This document shows positions 22,961 to 36,853 of a DNA stretch of 64,000 nt, piece by piece. Numbering within the stretch: the first letter of the stretch is position 1; the number at the start of each line of letters is the position of its first letter. The DNA lies in the NCBI RefSeq assembly GCF_003704095.1, contig NW_020844305.1:62001-126000 (forward strand), written 5' to 3'. Both the position numbers and the translations under genes were made by a program. Below the pieces are notes generated by a model that saw only the letters and a program-made list of their open reading frames with translations, was not told the DNA's origin and did not search any database. This DNA comes from Pocillopora damicornis. Lineage: Eukaryota.

Positions 22961-25900
22961 TTATCTCAAGAAAGGCTCGGTTGTTCGGCTGTACACACTA
23001 AAAGCCATCAGTTCAATCCAGAGAAAACCAAACATGTCGTCATTAAACAGCACAAAGTGGCCTCGGGTCCACTGAGGAGATACAAACCCATGACTGGCAA
23101 TCCGTCCTTTGCCATGATATCTACAGCCAAAAGGTTAAATGGGTTATCGTAATAACTGGAAGACAGTTAAAGACAGGATGCATACAGGTGGCTTTAAGCT
23201 ATCCATCCTAGAAAGGCTTCGGGATAAAAATTGCACGTAAGGCACCGACTATGTGGATATGTAGCCTTCAACTACCAGCTACGTGTAAAAAAAAAAAAAA
23301 ACTAAAAGGCACACATGATATTCATGTACTTAGAAGTTTTGTCACAGCTGCCTTTTGGCTGCATGGGGGGAACACTGTTATATCTGTACACCATCTGATA
23401 GCATGATGCAAAATCTGACTTATGTAAAGCGGATACAAAATTTAGACATAAGGTCGTCTTCATCATCGAGGTTTTCCAAGCGAAAAAGAAGAAAACAGGT
23501 GGAAACGGAAAAAAAAAGTATTTCTTCGTCCACAGAACGAAAGGAGACCATAGCAGCTTTTATTCACACGCGGCGTTTTCCCGACAACAAGAAATTTTGG
23601 CAAATCATTTGTAGACATCAAATGATGAAAAACTTGTTTTAAGTTCCAATGTCTTGCTTTTTAAAAAAAGAAACTCCAAGTATGAGGAAATATACTAAGT
23701 TGAACCGTCCTTGATAATCCTGAATAAAGACTACCTTCCTCAAATTGGTTAGGGCTTGAAATCGAGGGCGGCGTTTGATCGAGTAAATGGTAAAAGATAA
23801 TTTGCAAGGTGCAGTCAGTTGGACTGAGAAATAATGGAATTTATACCAACTGAAAAGGCAAGTTGATGTGACAAATGAAAACTGACCTTGCAAGGTAAGT
23901 GCGCGGGTAGTCTGTGTATCGCGCTTCATAAGCTGGCGGTATCTGGAACTCCTGTGCCTTGCCACTTCCTGCTGCTGCTGATGGTTGAGCGTCATCAGTC
24001 ACAGGCCTACTGAGGTCAACATCAAATGTCACCTGCCCTGCTGGGACATTAGGGTCCCCCTGTGGGTAGGTGAATAAGAAAAGGGTTACCACGGTTCTAC
24101 CCCCTGTTGGGACATTAACATCTCCCTATGTAAGAGCAAGTAAGGACACGGTTAGCATTTTCCTGAAATTTTCTGTCAAAATGATCCCAACACTTTTTCT
24201 TACTGAAGGAACAATGCCACATCATGTCCATCATGTCGTGTGATCCAAATCTCCCAAGTTCCGCTTTCATCTCCTCCATTCTTGGGCAATTCGACCTCGC
24301 CTCAACACACTTTCAGACTCAACACGAACAGAAGCATTTGTGCAATTTTTCATTCGATCACTGTTGTTTTAATTTGTTGGACAAAACCCTTGACGCCCAG
24401 TAGTTTCATTTGCTCACCTCCGTGGTAAATGGCGTCATTACGACCCCGAAAAGTCGGTTCGCCTTCCTTGTTCTCAACGGTTCATTTCTGAAAATGGCGA
24501 GTCACTGAGCCATTTCTTAAGTTTGACCATGGAGTCCTAATTATCTGACAGAGTGTTTGCTAACGCGTGTTTAACATGGTAATACAGTAAGACTCTTCCA
24601 TGGCTTAGTTAAAGAGTATGCCAACAAAAAAGGCGGAAACGCGACTTAGTGCATGATTGTCTAAAACTCGTTCACGTACCGTTAACTTTGTCGCTACTAT
24701 TCTTTGATCTTCGATTGTAATCATGACCATTTCCACTCCATGACTGCTGTAAGTACCCTGGAACAAATGAACGCAAGTCGTCATCAGTAGTTTCTACAGA
24801 GAAGTTTTTAATTGAATATCGAAATTAATTCGGGATTCCACTAGAACTGCTTGGCTATGCTCTGTAATTAATCCAGAAAGCTGGCGCCACCTGAACCTAT
24901 GGCGTCTTGGTAACACGCGCTTTCCCGCGCCTAAATTAGTTTGTTTACTTTCTGACTCATCGTTATTTTTACCCTTGTCCTGATTGGCCGTGTTCACTAT
25001 GGACTCCTTTAATCGGCTTTAAGCAGCCAATCAGTGCGGCCAGCGTTCAACGGTAATACGCATGCCTATTGCAACAGACTCTGAATCAACATAGTTACTG
25101 CAAACGTTCTTTTTGCTTTGTTCATTTGCTTTGTTCATTTGATTGTGAAGTAATTCCTTCGTCCGAAACTTCAAGTTACAAGGTACCCCCCTCTCATTCC
25201 TCTATCTAGGAAAAAATTCAAAGGTAGTAGATACATATCATTTCTTTTTTATGCTTTTTTCATTCCCTTCCCACATATCAGCTCTACCCAGAAGTATCAG
25301 CACACAAAAATCCACCGCGTTTGCGTCCACAAGTTGCCGAAGCGTTAACTTCCAATAGATTTAACTTTCCACGAATCAAACCGCGTATAAAAGAACACTT
25401 AGCCAGTTAATATGTTTGAGTACCTTGAAAACACCGGGAGTCAAGAAAGGGTTGTCTCTGTTACATTGTTGGAAGTCCAGAGCTTCAAATGTAAGTGGCT
25501 TTCTATAAAGGTTGAAAAGAAAGAAACGCCATTATACTTATGTTTTCATACCTACGTTTGTAATAAAGAGACCCGCAATTCTTGTTTAACGAATCAAAAA
25601 GAGGGCAGTAGGGACTGTGTCAAGGAAAATTAACCCATAGAAATAAATATACTGAGAATTAGTTCGGAAGGGAGTGGGGTGAAGTGGGGGGAGGGAGTCC
25701 TTTGGTGACGGAAATGCTTCCTTTGTTATCAACCCCTGACCCAACAATTCCTTCAGTAAGGTTCCCTGTTTTTGCCCCAAAAATCGTATAGATGACTGGA
25801 AGTTGATGTCATGGAGCCATGTCTAACATACTTAGATAAAATGTTCAGCACTAGATTTAAGAAGAAAAGTCGAGAGTGCCAACCATGCAGACCACTCACC

Positions 25901-28900
25901 GTCAACATTCATTCATTCCTTTGAGGACTTAAGTTAACCTTTTCAGTGCAACCAATATGTAAAACGCCACATCAGATCAAAGAGCTACAAAATAGCCTTT
26001 ATATCCAGCCAAATAGCAAAAAACTCTGCTATAACTTATCATATTTTCTATGACTAATCGATAAATAAATACGGCGAACTGCTTACTTGTGTAAAGAGTG
26101 CATAGTCACATATTTCATAAGAACAAGTTGCACCATGTGAGGCTGGAAAAACAGCAATTCTTCGTTATTGTATTCCTCTTTCAGCCACTTTCTCAAAAAA
26201 CCCATACCCTGAAAATGACATAAATAACCATTTTTTTTAGATTATAAGAATTATTAAAATTATCACATTTTATCAAGAAATCTATATCTAAGGAATAAAA
26301 GACTTTTCCAAGTTTACATATCTTAATCTTTAGCCCAAGTGGGATTGATAGAGTGTTAGGCAGTCATGCAAACTTAGGGGGAGTCATAGGTAGAGTCATA
26401 AGAGACTCCAGGACGGCCCTTAAGCGTGTACAAGTGAGTTCAGTCTTCAGACTTTCAAAAGCTATAATAAAGCACAGTAAGTGTGGACTAACTGTTCTGG
26501 TTCTTCCAAGCTGTCTAGTTAAGACAGATCTCACGATACACTTAGATATCCCAAGAAACCCAGGTCCGAAAAGAGCAGGAAACGCTGCTGGACGCTACCC
26601 GAATAATCGCTTGCAGAATCTGCTCAGTCGCTCTCTCAATCTAATTAAATATTCAAGATCTGAATTGTCACACTTGACGTCAAGACGTCCTATCTCCGAC
26701 GACCTCTTCCGAAAGATAAAGAGTATGGATATATTGAGAACCCGAAGAGGTCGATCTGGTCACGTTGTTCGAAATCGCACGCATAACATCGTCACTCGGT
26801 CAGGAAACCGAAATATTCCTTTCCAAAGACGAGTGCTAGAGGAGTGAACCTGCATAATCTGTGCTCAGTGAAGCGAATTGACAACAAGCCAAGTCAGCCA
26901 AATGGAGCGTCAAATTCTAGTAACGCCGGGCTTGAAATCGTCCACCTGAAAATAAGATCGCTCAAAAATCGCGCTCACTTGTAAGAGCTACGGCTTCTTG
27001 CTTCAGAAAGGAAAACTGATATCATCACATTCTCTGAAACTTGGCTAAACACTACCGTCCCAACCCTCGAGTTCCAAATGGAGGGATACAAGTTATACAC
27101 ATTGAACCGCCTTCATAAAAGGGGTGGGGGAGCCTCTTTATGGTAGACCTAGCCGACCAGGCCGATGGCCTTCTAACAATTTTTGATGCTAGCTACGTGG
27201 GCACCACGCTCAATACATTTAATGATACTCTTCAGCCCGCTCTAGACATCCATGCTCCCATGAAATCTATTAAGATTCGTAACAGACCCTGTCGTTTTGT
27301 CCATCAGGAAATCAAGAATCTCATGAAATCTAGATTTCATCACACGATTTCATCAAACGCGGGACGCCGTTGACTGAGCTAAACCCTTCTTGTGGCTGAG
27401 AGAAACCACACATTCGAAGAAGTGAGATTGCTTCAGAAAAATCCTGGTTCTCTCTGGATGATAATTAATCGCGCTCTCCCTTTCAAAATCAACGAAAGGC
27501 AAATTTATTCAAAAGATATGAAATCCGTAACAAATTAATTCAGCCAGTTTTTTGCAGCTATCGGTAGAAATGCCGCAGAGATCTCTTTGCACCTGGCCAA
27601 GAAAAGCAGTATAGCGATCCCTGAGGAGATCAGTGTCGACCTCCCTCCCATCGATGAGCCTTTTAATCTCAGGACCATGACATGTGAGGAAGAAAGCCAA
27701 GTCTCTGCCACTTAACAAAGCGCCTGGTCCAGATAAAGTGACTGCACACATAATCAAGGACTGTCTACCCGTCATCTTAGGTCCTCTGACTGAGATCATA
27801 AACTGCTCCATTCTTACTATTATATTTCCAAATAAGTGGAAAGAAGCAGAGGTGATACCTATTCTTAAAGGCGGAGATTATGAAGAAGCCGCCAATAACA
27901 GACCACTATCACTGTTAACCGTTGCGTCTAAGGTTTGCGAGAAAATCGTTCTCAGTCAATCCACTACTTACCTCCTTAAACACAACAGATTAACAACCCA
28001 CCAGAGTGGACACAAAAAGGCCCTCTCCACTGAGACTCTGAACATCTACCTCACAGACCGCATCTTAGAAGCTATGAATAGGAACAACCTCACCGCTCTC
28101 GTCCTATTAGACCTCTCAAAAGCTTTTGACAGCATTCAACATCAAAAGCTGCTTCTTTAACTCTCCAGAGTAAGAGAATCATCTTCAACCGTTAATTGGT
28201 TCAAGAGCTATCTATCAGGGGCGCTCTCAATCTGTCCGAATTGATTCCACTCTTTCGGAACCCCTGCCAATAACACACGGAGTCCCACAAGGCGCAATCA
28301 CCTTTGCTTTTCTGCATCTACCTCAACGATCTGCCCTCGGCTCCTAATACTTGAGCCTGGAGTCATACGTGGATGACTCGCAAGTACTCCTGTCATTCCC
28401 GTTGGCTGAGATTGACTCAACCGGCGATTGAGATGCTTGAACAAGATCTGCGCAACGTGGCCCAACAACTTACTGATAAATCCAAGCAAGACCGAGCTCC
28501 TCTTTATCGGAACTAGGCATGATATCCTTCTCAGTTGATGAGAAGGATATCAGAAGTTCCCCAAGTGTCCTTCCTTGGTTGGATACTACAACCAGCTACT
28601 TCAGCCAAGGACTTGGGAGTCACTCTGGACCCCCACTTAACTTACGATTACCACATCACACATGTAGTCTCGTCCTGCTTTTCTAAACTATATCAGATAA
28701 ATCGTGTTAAGAAGAGCTTTATCAAAGAAACTTTAAAATTACTAATAGCATCATTAGTTTTTAGTAAAATGTTATATTGTTCCACCGTGTGGTCAATCAC
28801 ATCAGCTGGAAATGTCAGTAAGCTACAGTCAATCCAAAACTTTGCCAGCCAGATAATTACGAACTCTAAGAAATTCGACCACGTAACTCCTTTACCCGTG

Positions 28901-31900
28901 AAGCAATTACTACTATATAAGGACGCAGTAATAACAAACAAATGTCTGAATGACCTCGCTCCGCAATACCTGAGCGATAAGTTCATTAAGCGCTCTGGTA
29001 ATTATGCTCGTTACACGCGCGAAAGGGATATAAGTATGTTATATACAAAAGGTAAGGAAGGTACGCTGGAGACAAAGGAGAAAAGGACAAAGGAACAAGG
29101 GAAGGAAAGAAGGGAAGAATGAATAAGTTTTTTCTTCAACAAACCTCTTCCCTGTCTGATGGTATTTCATGATTTGACCAGCTGTCGCACTTCAAATGAA
29201 ACTGAGGTACTTTCCCCTCTCCAGTTTCTTCTATCTGTACAAATCACAAAATGATATATGAAATGATAAGTTAACAAAGTGAACTTCTGTAAGGTACAGA
29301 GGTATGAGTGAGGGGGGGTGGGGGGAGGAGGAGGAGGAAATTCTGAACTTACCATTAGGTTTCCATTGTGTGACCCATTATCCCAATCACTGTGGCACAT
29401 GACAGCAGCTTTTCCATCATGTACTTTTATATCAAACATAACTTTGGGTCTTAGAGGACTTTTTATATCAGGGTCAAACGGTGCACGACAATCGACGGCC
29501 TCAATCTTACCTGGATAAACCTGTCAACAGAGACATGTGGTCAGTCATTCCAATAAGACCCATAAAGCATAATGCAGTGTTAAACACATTTTACATCAAT
29601 TATTAATTTTATAAAGGGGCTGTCACACTATGAGTTTACATACTGAGTTCTTCCAGCCCAACAGATTTGTGACATATCAGACATGCCATATTGAAAAATA
29701 GCCCAGAAATACCAACAATAATGACAAAGAATAAACAGCAATATTCACTGAGGAAAGAGGGAATTATAGTGAGCTATGTCTACGTATTATGCCTCGAACG
29801 AAAAAAAATTGCTTAAGTTTGTTCAATATTTCTTTCCGTAAATATTTCCTACAATACTGAAAATATTTGAAGTACCTACTCTCACAGATCATTACCGTAA
29901 TTTCCGGCCGATTACCCGCGGGTAATCTGTTTTTAAAATTTTTCCACAAACAGTTGTTGGTGTAGGTTTACCTGAGGAAGGTGTGAGTAATACGATAGCT
30001 TCTAAAGCTTCCGGCCTAGTTTACATTTCTCACTTACACGGGTAGTAAACTTGGAAATAAAAGAATTTAATTGTGAAAAAGCTGCCTTCGGTGCAATTCA
30101 CACGGAAAATGATGCTGACATGTTCATTTCGCAGCGCCGCATAATTAATGACGAGACAGAATATTCGACGCATCAGTGGAATTTTCTTAGCTGGCACTCC
30201 CTTAAGTTAAAAGAGTATTTTCAGTTTCAAGCGATTTCTTCGACTTGGTAGATCTCGAGATATCGATTTTTTTTGAGAACAGATTTTTACAAGTGGTATC
30301 ATTTTCAGTGAAAGAGCGAAGACAAAAAATGTGAAAGTTTATTAATTGTACGCTAAATGATATCATGTCAACAAAAACAATGAAGGGACTTTGTGGGAGA
30401 CGACGATTTTCTTTTCTTTTCTTTTCTTTTTTTTGGGCGCGGGTTATCTGCCAGTGCGGGTAATCTATTGAAATTTTTTTCTCGTTATTGCAAAAATTTA
30501 CCGATGCAGGTTATCTGCCGCGTGGGTAAATGGACGGAAATTACGGTACTTGATTCCATTCGTACTCTGTAAAAAGAAACTTGGGTATGAAATACTTCCT
30601 TAAAGCATCAGAGGAAGTACTGTCTGCAGATGTAACATCATTCACATTAAAAATGACTTTTTTTCATATTTGGTGGCTCCCAAAGAGACTGTAGGGCAGC
30701 TCTTTTGAAAGGAGTTCTTTTGCCTCCCAAGGGCAACAGTTTCTAAGCCAGCTGAAGTTGATGAATGAACGACCACTGGTTGCTTCTTTTTTGATAGCTT
30801 TGTTTATCAGCTTTGGATGTGATAGCATCTCCAGCAGGGTACTGTGTTATAACTATTTGTTTAATGTGAGATGCTTGGCAATCTCAGGAAAATCCCATCT
30901 ACAGTTTGAGATGTTTCTATCAGCTCATTATCATGCTCAGAGAGCAATCACAATCATCAGAATACCTCTGGTGTATTTCTGGTAAATTGTTTCTGGCACC
31001 TTTAGTAGCAAAGATATCAACCTTGTGATTGAGTTGAGCTGACCTTGGTCCATTCTACAGCTGGATGAAGCTTGATTAATATTACCATAGCCAACAGGAC
31101 AAGAAGGCCAAGTAACAAACTAACTCAACATCATCTGGCCGACATACATGTAGACCACTGACAACGCATTAACTGATGGCAGGATTGCAGTCATTCCCAT
31201 TTCTCGTAGCATCAATTTAGTCTTCATTTTTCAACATCTACATACTTGACGAATCATTTGCTTGCTTGCCAAGACTAGGTCAGTGTTAAGCAAAAGTAAC
31301 CTACCATTTCTGTGATCCATCTTTTTAAAAGGAAGGGAAAAAAGACAACCTTACCTTAATATGAACCAAGCCACCATATGGATTTATATTGCACTTCCAA
31401 ACACCTAGTAAACAGCCATACTTGTGCAACACTGTAAAAATTAATGACAATTTACAAAGCAAGAAGATTAATATTTTTCATTACTACATCACAAAATTTC
31501 AAGCTGTAATGAATTTAAGTGTTATCTTATACCTCATTAACAACATAAGGTGCTTTGTCACAGGTAGGAATCATGAAAAATAATGATTTTTCTTCCTCAT
31601 TTGCAGCATGTGAATGACAGAGAATAGGTAATCATCACCCTTAACCTTGGTACTTAGAGTTTGTCTATCTTAAAAGAGTATTATTTCAATATTTACCTCA
31701 GATAAAAGGCAATTTTCTAGGGTAAAAAAATCGTTTAAAATATAATAATATTGCCAAGGATTTCAATAAAAGCCTGTTACCAGTGATCTACCAACATCTA
31801 TAAGACCTCTTACTGCTGTCTGTTTGGTCTGCCAAGACTGCCAGCAGGCTCATGTTGGGGACTTTTACTCACAGATGCCTATTACATCATCAACAGCTGT

Positions 31901-32231
31901 TTAATATGGAAAACATAATTGAAACCCCTGCACTGCTATCAAGAAAAAGCACTGTGTACTGCAGAAGCCCCCCACCTCAAAAAGGGAAAAGAAATTTAAT
32001 GGAAAGAAAAGGGGATGCTAACAATCAGTTGACCAGTAGCAACCTGAGTCATCTATTGGTTTCCACTGTGGTGTGTCACAGCTTCCAAATTGGAAAGGTA
32101 GTGTAAAGAAACAATGGAAATATGTTCTACCATAAATGAACAGATTCAAAATCATACAGGATACTTACCAATGATGTAAAGTTCTCTAAATGATGAGACA
32201 TTCCACTGATCAAGGGATGATACTCCATAAT
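22961..32231 (-). CDS. FBXO31: F-box only protein 31-like (cyclin D1-binding domain); the F-box-coding 5' exon(s) probably lie in the gap at 32595-32694
   Basis: Exons 32169-32231, 31355-31431, 29353-29520, 29145-29234, 26087-26208, 25424-25502, 24680-24757, 23887-24059 and 22961-23120 splice in frame: LHKYGCLLGVWKCNINPYGGLV..RKWLKEE..LVLMKY..PGVFKGTYSSHGVEMVMI..KLTGDPNVPAGQ..YHGKGRIASHGF..FGFLWIEL. Confidence 0.9.
26350..29030 (+). mobile_element. Degenerate L2/CR1-type LINE in an FBXO31 intron (antisense to the host gene)
   Basis: Fragments SETWL (APE), KAPGPD, NNRPLSLL, LLDLSKAFDSI, GVPQG, YVDDS and KDLGVTLD, with many stops and frameshifts. Confidence 0.9.
29895..30546. mobile_element. 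Non-autonomous Tc1/mariner-type element in an FBXO31 intron
   Basis: Terminal inverted repeats CCGTAATTTCCG.CC.ATTACCC at both ends, flanked by TA on each side (29893-29894 and 30547-30548). Confidence 0.75.
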
Positions 32232-32709
32232 CTAGATATATCAGAATTTATTAGAATGTTTTTGAAAATCAAGGCTCTTAATCAAGGGTTGATATGACTA
32301 ACAGGTTTTCTTGTTTTTTTTTCATGTATGATGACCGGTTTTACCCTTAACACCCTTACATCAGTACCTATAATCCCCACACTCTTTTCTATAAATAGTT
32401 TCCTTTGTACTGAGAAGGGAAATTCATTTAATGATCAAAACTTCCTAGGTTGGCAATCATATCCTTTATTCTGATGATCTTGATGAATGATTCAGCAGTA
32501 CTATTAGATGCTGCTCACTGTCAGGGTTTAAAGAGTTAATACCAGTACTTTTCTCATGAATAGAATACTTTTGTAACTTAGAAATGCAGTTCCCNNNNNN
32601 NNNNNNNNNNNNNNNNNNNNNNNNNNNNNNNNNNNNNNNNNNNNNNNNNNNNNNNNNNNNNNNNNNNNNNNNNNNNNNNNNNNNNNNNNNNNNNTTGATT
32701 TCGATCGCG

Positions 32710-34763
32710 ATGTCACAACAAGGAGCGACTTTGCAAACGTACAACAATGAGCTAGTGAAATGTAAGTGATGGTTTTTCAATAGAAGTCATTAATTATGGG
32801 TTGAGTCAAGTAAAACTTGACAAATAAAAAGTGACGTGGTTTAGAGATAGTCTATCGACGTTCGTTCAGGTTTGTAGTGTACTGTACAGGTTTTTGCACG
32901 CTAATATCTAAAAATTTCATTTCATATTCAAAAACTCGCTTCTTTAAATTTATGTATCAGGTATAGAGGACCTTTGCACCAAAAGAGACGAACTTCAGAA
33001 ACAAATACTTAACGAAGAGGAGGAGAAAGCAAAAATTCAAAACGACATTCGAATTCTCAGCGAAAGGTTGGCAAAAATCAACGAAAGCCTCGCTAAAAAG
33101 ATAGCTTCCAGAACTGAGTACGACAAAACGATTGCTGAGACAGAAGCAGCTTATATGAAGGTGAGCTTTAACTTACAAGAAAATAACCTATTGTGGTCAA
33201 TTTGTTCAGAAAAACACTCTGACTGCTACTCAGGGAGTGTCCTTAAAATTACGAATGTCAAATTTGGTACCCAAACCCCTCCTTCACCATTGAAGATTTG
33301 GCGGCAGGGGAGATGGAGAAGTGAGGAACTTTTAAAAAATTGAACCTCCTCCATCTTAATCGGTGGTTGAAGGAAGAGGGAATACTTAAGATTCACTCAC
33401 AAGCTAATAGGAATAGATGTAGAGAGCAGGGACCTTGGTTGTACAAATTGGGAGTTGCATCAGCTTAATGACTGAAATGTCTGAATTCAATCCTTGGGCC
33501 AGGGTCAATCAACTCGTTGTGTTTTGCTCTTGAAAAATACTCTTAGTTCCTGCAATGCCTCTGTCTACCCAGGGCCCAGATGTTCAAAGTGCAGATAACA
33601 CTTTCCCACAAAAAATTTGCTATCCAGCAGTTTAGTGTCAACAAAACATACTGCATCATCCACCAGATAGAAATTTATCCTGTGGATAGCATTATCCACC
33701 CTTCGCAAACTGTCAGGGAAACCCAGATGAGAGAGAGGGTGAATTTGCAATGGGTTAGCATAACTCCCAGTCACCTCATGCTAGGCTGTGGCAATTTGGG
33801 ACCATTTAGTTCATACCTATAATGTAAAGTTATCTACTGAAGACTTAACCTTTTGAGTTTGTACAGAAAAGGCAGAGCTTGTGTAGCATTTGGACAAGGC
33901 AGTGACAAATCAACATTCCTTTGTGACCAAAGTGCCTTTATTTAACAGTAACTGGCCAAATAGTGGTCAGCCAAAAAGGGTTAATTTAGATGGAAATTTA
34001 CCTGGACCACAAAGCCAATTGTTAGCCCATTAACTTCCAAGATCTAAGACTCACATCTGCTAAGTGGTGATAAAACATTTCTTCTTCAGTTGGTCTGTGA
34101 GAACAAAATCTACTATTTGTTTATTTTCTTACCATGACCCAGTTGTCAATTCACACATCAAACTAAATATGAAATAACCATCAGCACTTTTCACAGTGAT
34201 TGCTTGTATAAAAGAAGGGAATTAATAGACAAAAAATAGAGAATGTACTGATTCAAGCATTACATTCAATTACATTCAGTGCAGGTTGCATCACAGTTTT
34301 AATTCCCATGGACAGGAAACCGAAATATTCAGTATATGGTTTTCTGGAAAGATTTGGGATGCGTCTAGTTTTTGGGTAAAAGAATCCCAGAAATAGATGA
34401 GTGTAAAGCAGGACCAGAAGAGGAGCCTTAAATTTTTGGGTTCCTCTCTGCATGAGGTTTGATGTTTGAACTGGGCGTAAGATACAGACAATCCTAAAAA
34501 TGGGGGAATGATTTTGATGCACTACTTACTGGAATTTGAGCTGTTTCAATGAATAACTGCAAATTTCAGTTATTCATTGGAATAACTCAAATTCTGGTAA
34601 GTATTGCATCAAAATCATTCAAACATACATTTTGTTTTTGTTCCAGATTCTTGAAAGTTCTCAAACACTTCTCCATGTTCTAAAGAAAGAGACAGGGAAA
34701 GATAAATCACAGCCAAGTCACAGTCAGGGATCACTGCGTGAAAAGACTGGAACACAAACATGA
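32710..34763 (+). CDS. SSNA1: Microtubule nucleation factor SSNA1 / NA14
   Basis: Exons 32710-32761, 32961-33160 and 34647-34763: [53 protein letters not shown]. Confidence 0.96.
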
Positions 34764-34959
34764 AAACTCTTATATACTTCCCTCACACCCTGTCATTAGA
34801 CTGCAATTATATTTAACAATAATGAACTTTGTAAGGTTACAGTAAGTACAGTAAAATTATTTTCTCCAGGACTTAACTTCTAGTCCAAGTAAGTCATCAG
34901 AATGTTATCACCTCACTTTTAAAAGTAGAAAAATTGATGTGAAATAAATAATTTGTTTT

Positions 34960-35095
34960 TTGAGAAAGATGTTTTTCATCTTGTCACAGGCATGGGACAA
35001 AGAAAACATTGTGTGTCCATATGAGGAATCGAACCTCAGACCTTTGAATTCCATGCTCTGATGCCCTACTACTGAGCCACAAGGACTCTATGGTG
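34960..35095 (-). mobile_element. tRNA-derived SINE-like repeat
   Basis: The minus strand shows an A-box TGGCTCAGTAG and a B-box GGTTCGATTCC followed by a non-tRNA body. Confidence 0.55.
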
Positions 35096-36756
35096 AATAA
35101 GGTCTATTACAAAGTTAAGCTATTTCTCTACCAAGCTCAAAACTTGCCATCTTTCTTATTCTAACTTGTCTCTAGTCAGTACTATATAAAATAGTTTTGG
35201 TTGGGATAAATTCCAACTGGCTGTAGATAAAATGTTGCCTTTCCTGCATATTTCAGCTGAGCAGAGATAAACACATTGAAAAGGTGTGGGACAAGAAGTG
35301 CAATGGCTGTTTAAGCCCCTCCTATGCATGATTTGCCATTCTCACTCTCTTCATGCCTCCATTGCACTGCCCTTAGTTGGCCTGAAAAATCCAAATTTGT
35401 GCCTTCCCTGTAGGTCACTGCTTATTGAGCATACAGCCTTAGAGTTTTCCAAATCCTTCCTATTTTTCATTTTTAATTGATCAGTCAAAATTCATCTCTG
35501 AGTCAGCTTCTGATCTAAATATAGAAGACCTATGTTGTAATGACTGGAGCCTTTTATCCCTAACAGTGACTAGTGTATTAATTCTCTTGACAGTATCTTC
35601 CTTAAATTTAATGTAAAAGTCATGAGACTGAAGGAAATGATCACCAAATTAAGAAGCTCCTGGTGGTCAAACGAATTGTCTTTGTTGGCACCATGGGAAA
35701 TGTGAAGAGAATAGTTTGGAGAATGTGAATAATATTGTTGGATGTACTGGTAATAGGGTTGAGATTAAGCAAAAGTGTTCCACACCCAAGAACATGTTTT
35801 TATTGTGCCAAACATTAAATATAGGCATGTGTAGCATGCAAGAGTGACTTTTTTAGCTGGATAGGTCAAGATGGGACACTGTGTTCCTAATGTTTTCATA
35901 ACTTTCAAGAAAGAAAAAAGAACAGAATATCACATTACTTCAAGAGAAAGAGAAAAAACATAAATTATCTAAACTCACACAGGTATTTTGTGGTTTATTA
36001 TCTCTATTGTCTAATTACTGAGCAGAAATAAAATGCATAGGTGCCACGCTTACTGTAGTCTCCTTTACAGCTGTTGTTTGGTCTCATCACACAATGCCCT
36101 CTATTCCATGTTGGAGAGAGAGAGAGTCATTGTGTGACAAGACCAAACTTGAATGGTTGTGGAAGAGACATTGCTAACAGCTGCTCCTCTAACAGAAAGA
36201 AAATCAAACTTATTCGTCTACAGTTAGTTGCCTCAAAAGTATAATTCCATGTAATTTTACTGCAAAAAGCAGACTGAAACTGTTTAATCTCCAACAGACC
36301 CTTACTAAAGATATATTACAATCTCATATGAGAGAAGATACAATGAGCAAGAGAAAGGATAATATTTCAAAGAGCTCTTTGATTGGTTGTTGCCTATCTA
36401 GACCTTGTCTTCTGTGTGTGAAATACATAATAAAATGCAGATTGTTTACAAGGAATTAACACTCGATTGGGTTAATTCCAAGGTAGCTAAAAGCAAATTT
36501 TATTCATAGACTGAAAGTCAAAACATATGAAAATGTGTGGAAAATTCACCATCAGTGGCACAAAGTTTCATGTGAATTTTTCTCAGTGGCGTTGGACAAT
36601 GCAGTTAGAGTATGTGATAAAATGCAAAATTTCTGATTAATGTCATGGTTTTTGCACAGCTCCCTGATCCCATGAAAACAAGAAAACAATACTCAAACGC
36701 TGTGATTGGTGCATAATATCCAAATGCTGTGATATGTTTGATGCGAGATAGAAACA

Positions 36757-36853
36757 CTAATCTAGCAATCTGATTGGTGCAAGATACATATTCTAATGCA
36801 GCAACCTGATTGGTGCTAGATACATACCCTAATGCGGCAATCTGATTGGTGTG
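36757..36853. repeat. 36-bp tandem repeat (about 2.7 copies), each unit with CTGATTGG
   Basis: Units of CTAATGCAGCAATCTGATTGGTGC(A/T)AGATACATA start at 36757, 36793 and 36829, with more decayed units from ~36695. Confidence 0.8.

Noticed and set aside
24200-24545. Candidate extra or poison exons in an FBXO31 intron (RGRIAQ resembles KGRIAS)
   Set aside because: The similarity is too short, the frames contain stops, and flanking exons splice without it.
29880-30570. Idea that the mariner-type element interrupts an FBXO31 exon
   Set aside because: Exons 31355-31431 and 29353-29520 join in frame and cover the expected protein, so the element is intronic.
36757-36853. CRISPR-like periodicity
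   Set aside because: Contiguous tandem units without unique spacers, in a eukaryotic context with no cas genes.
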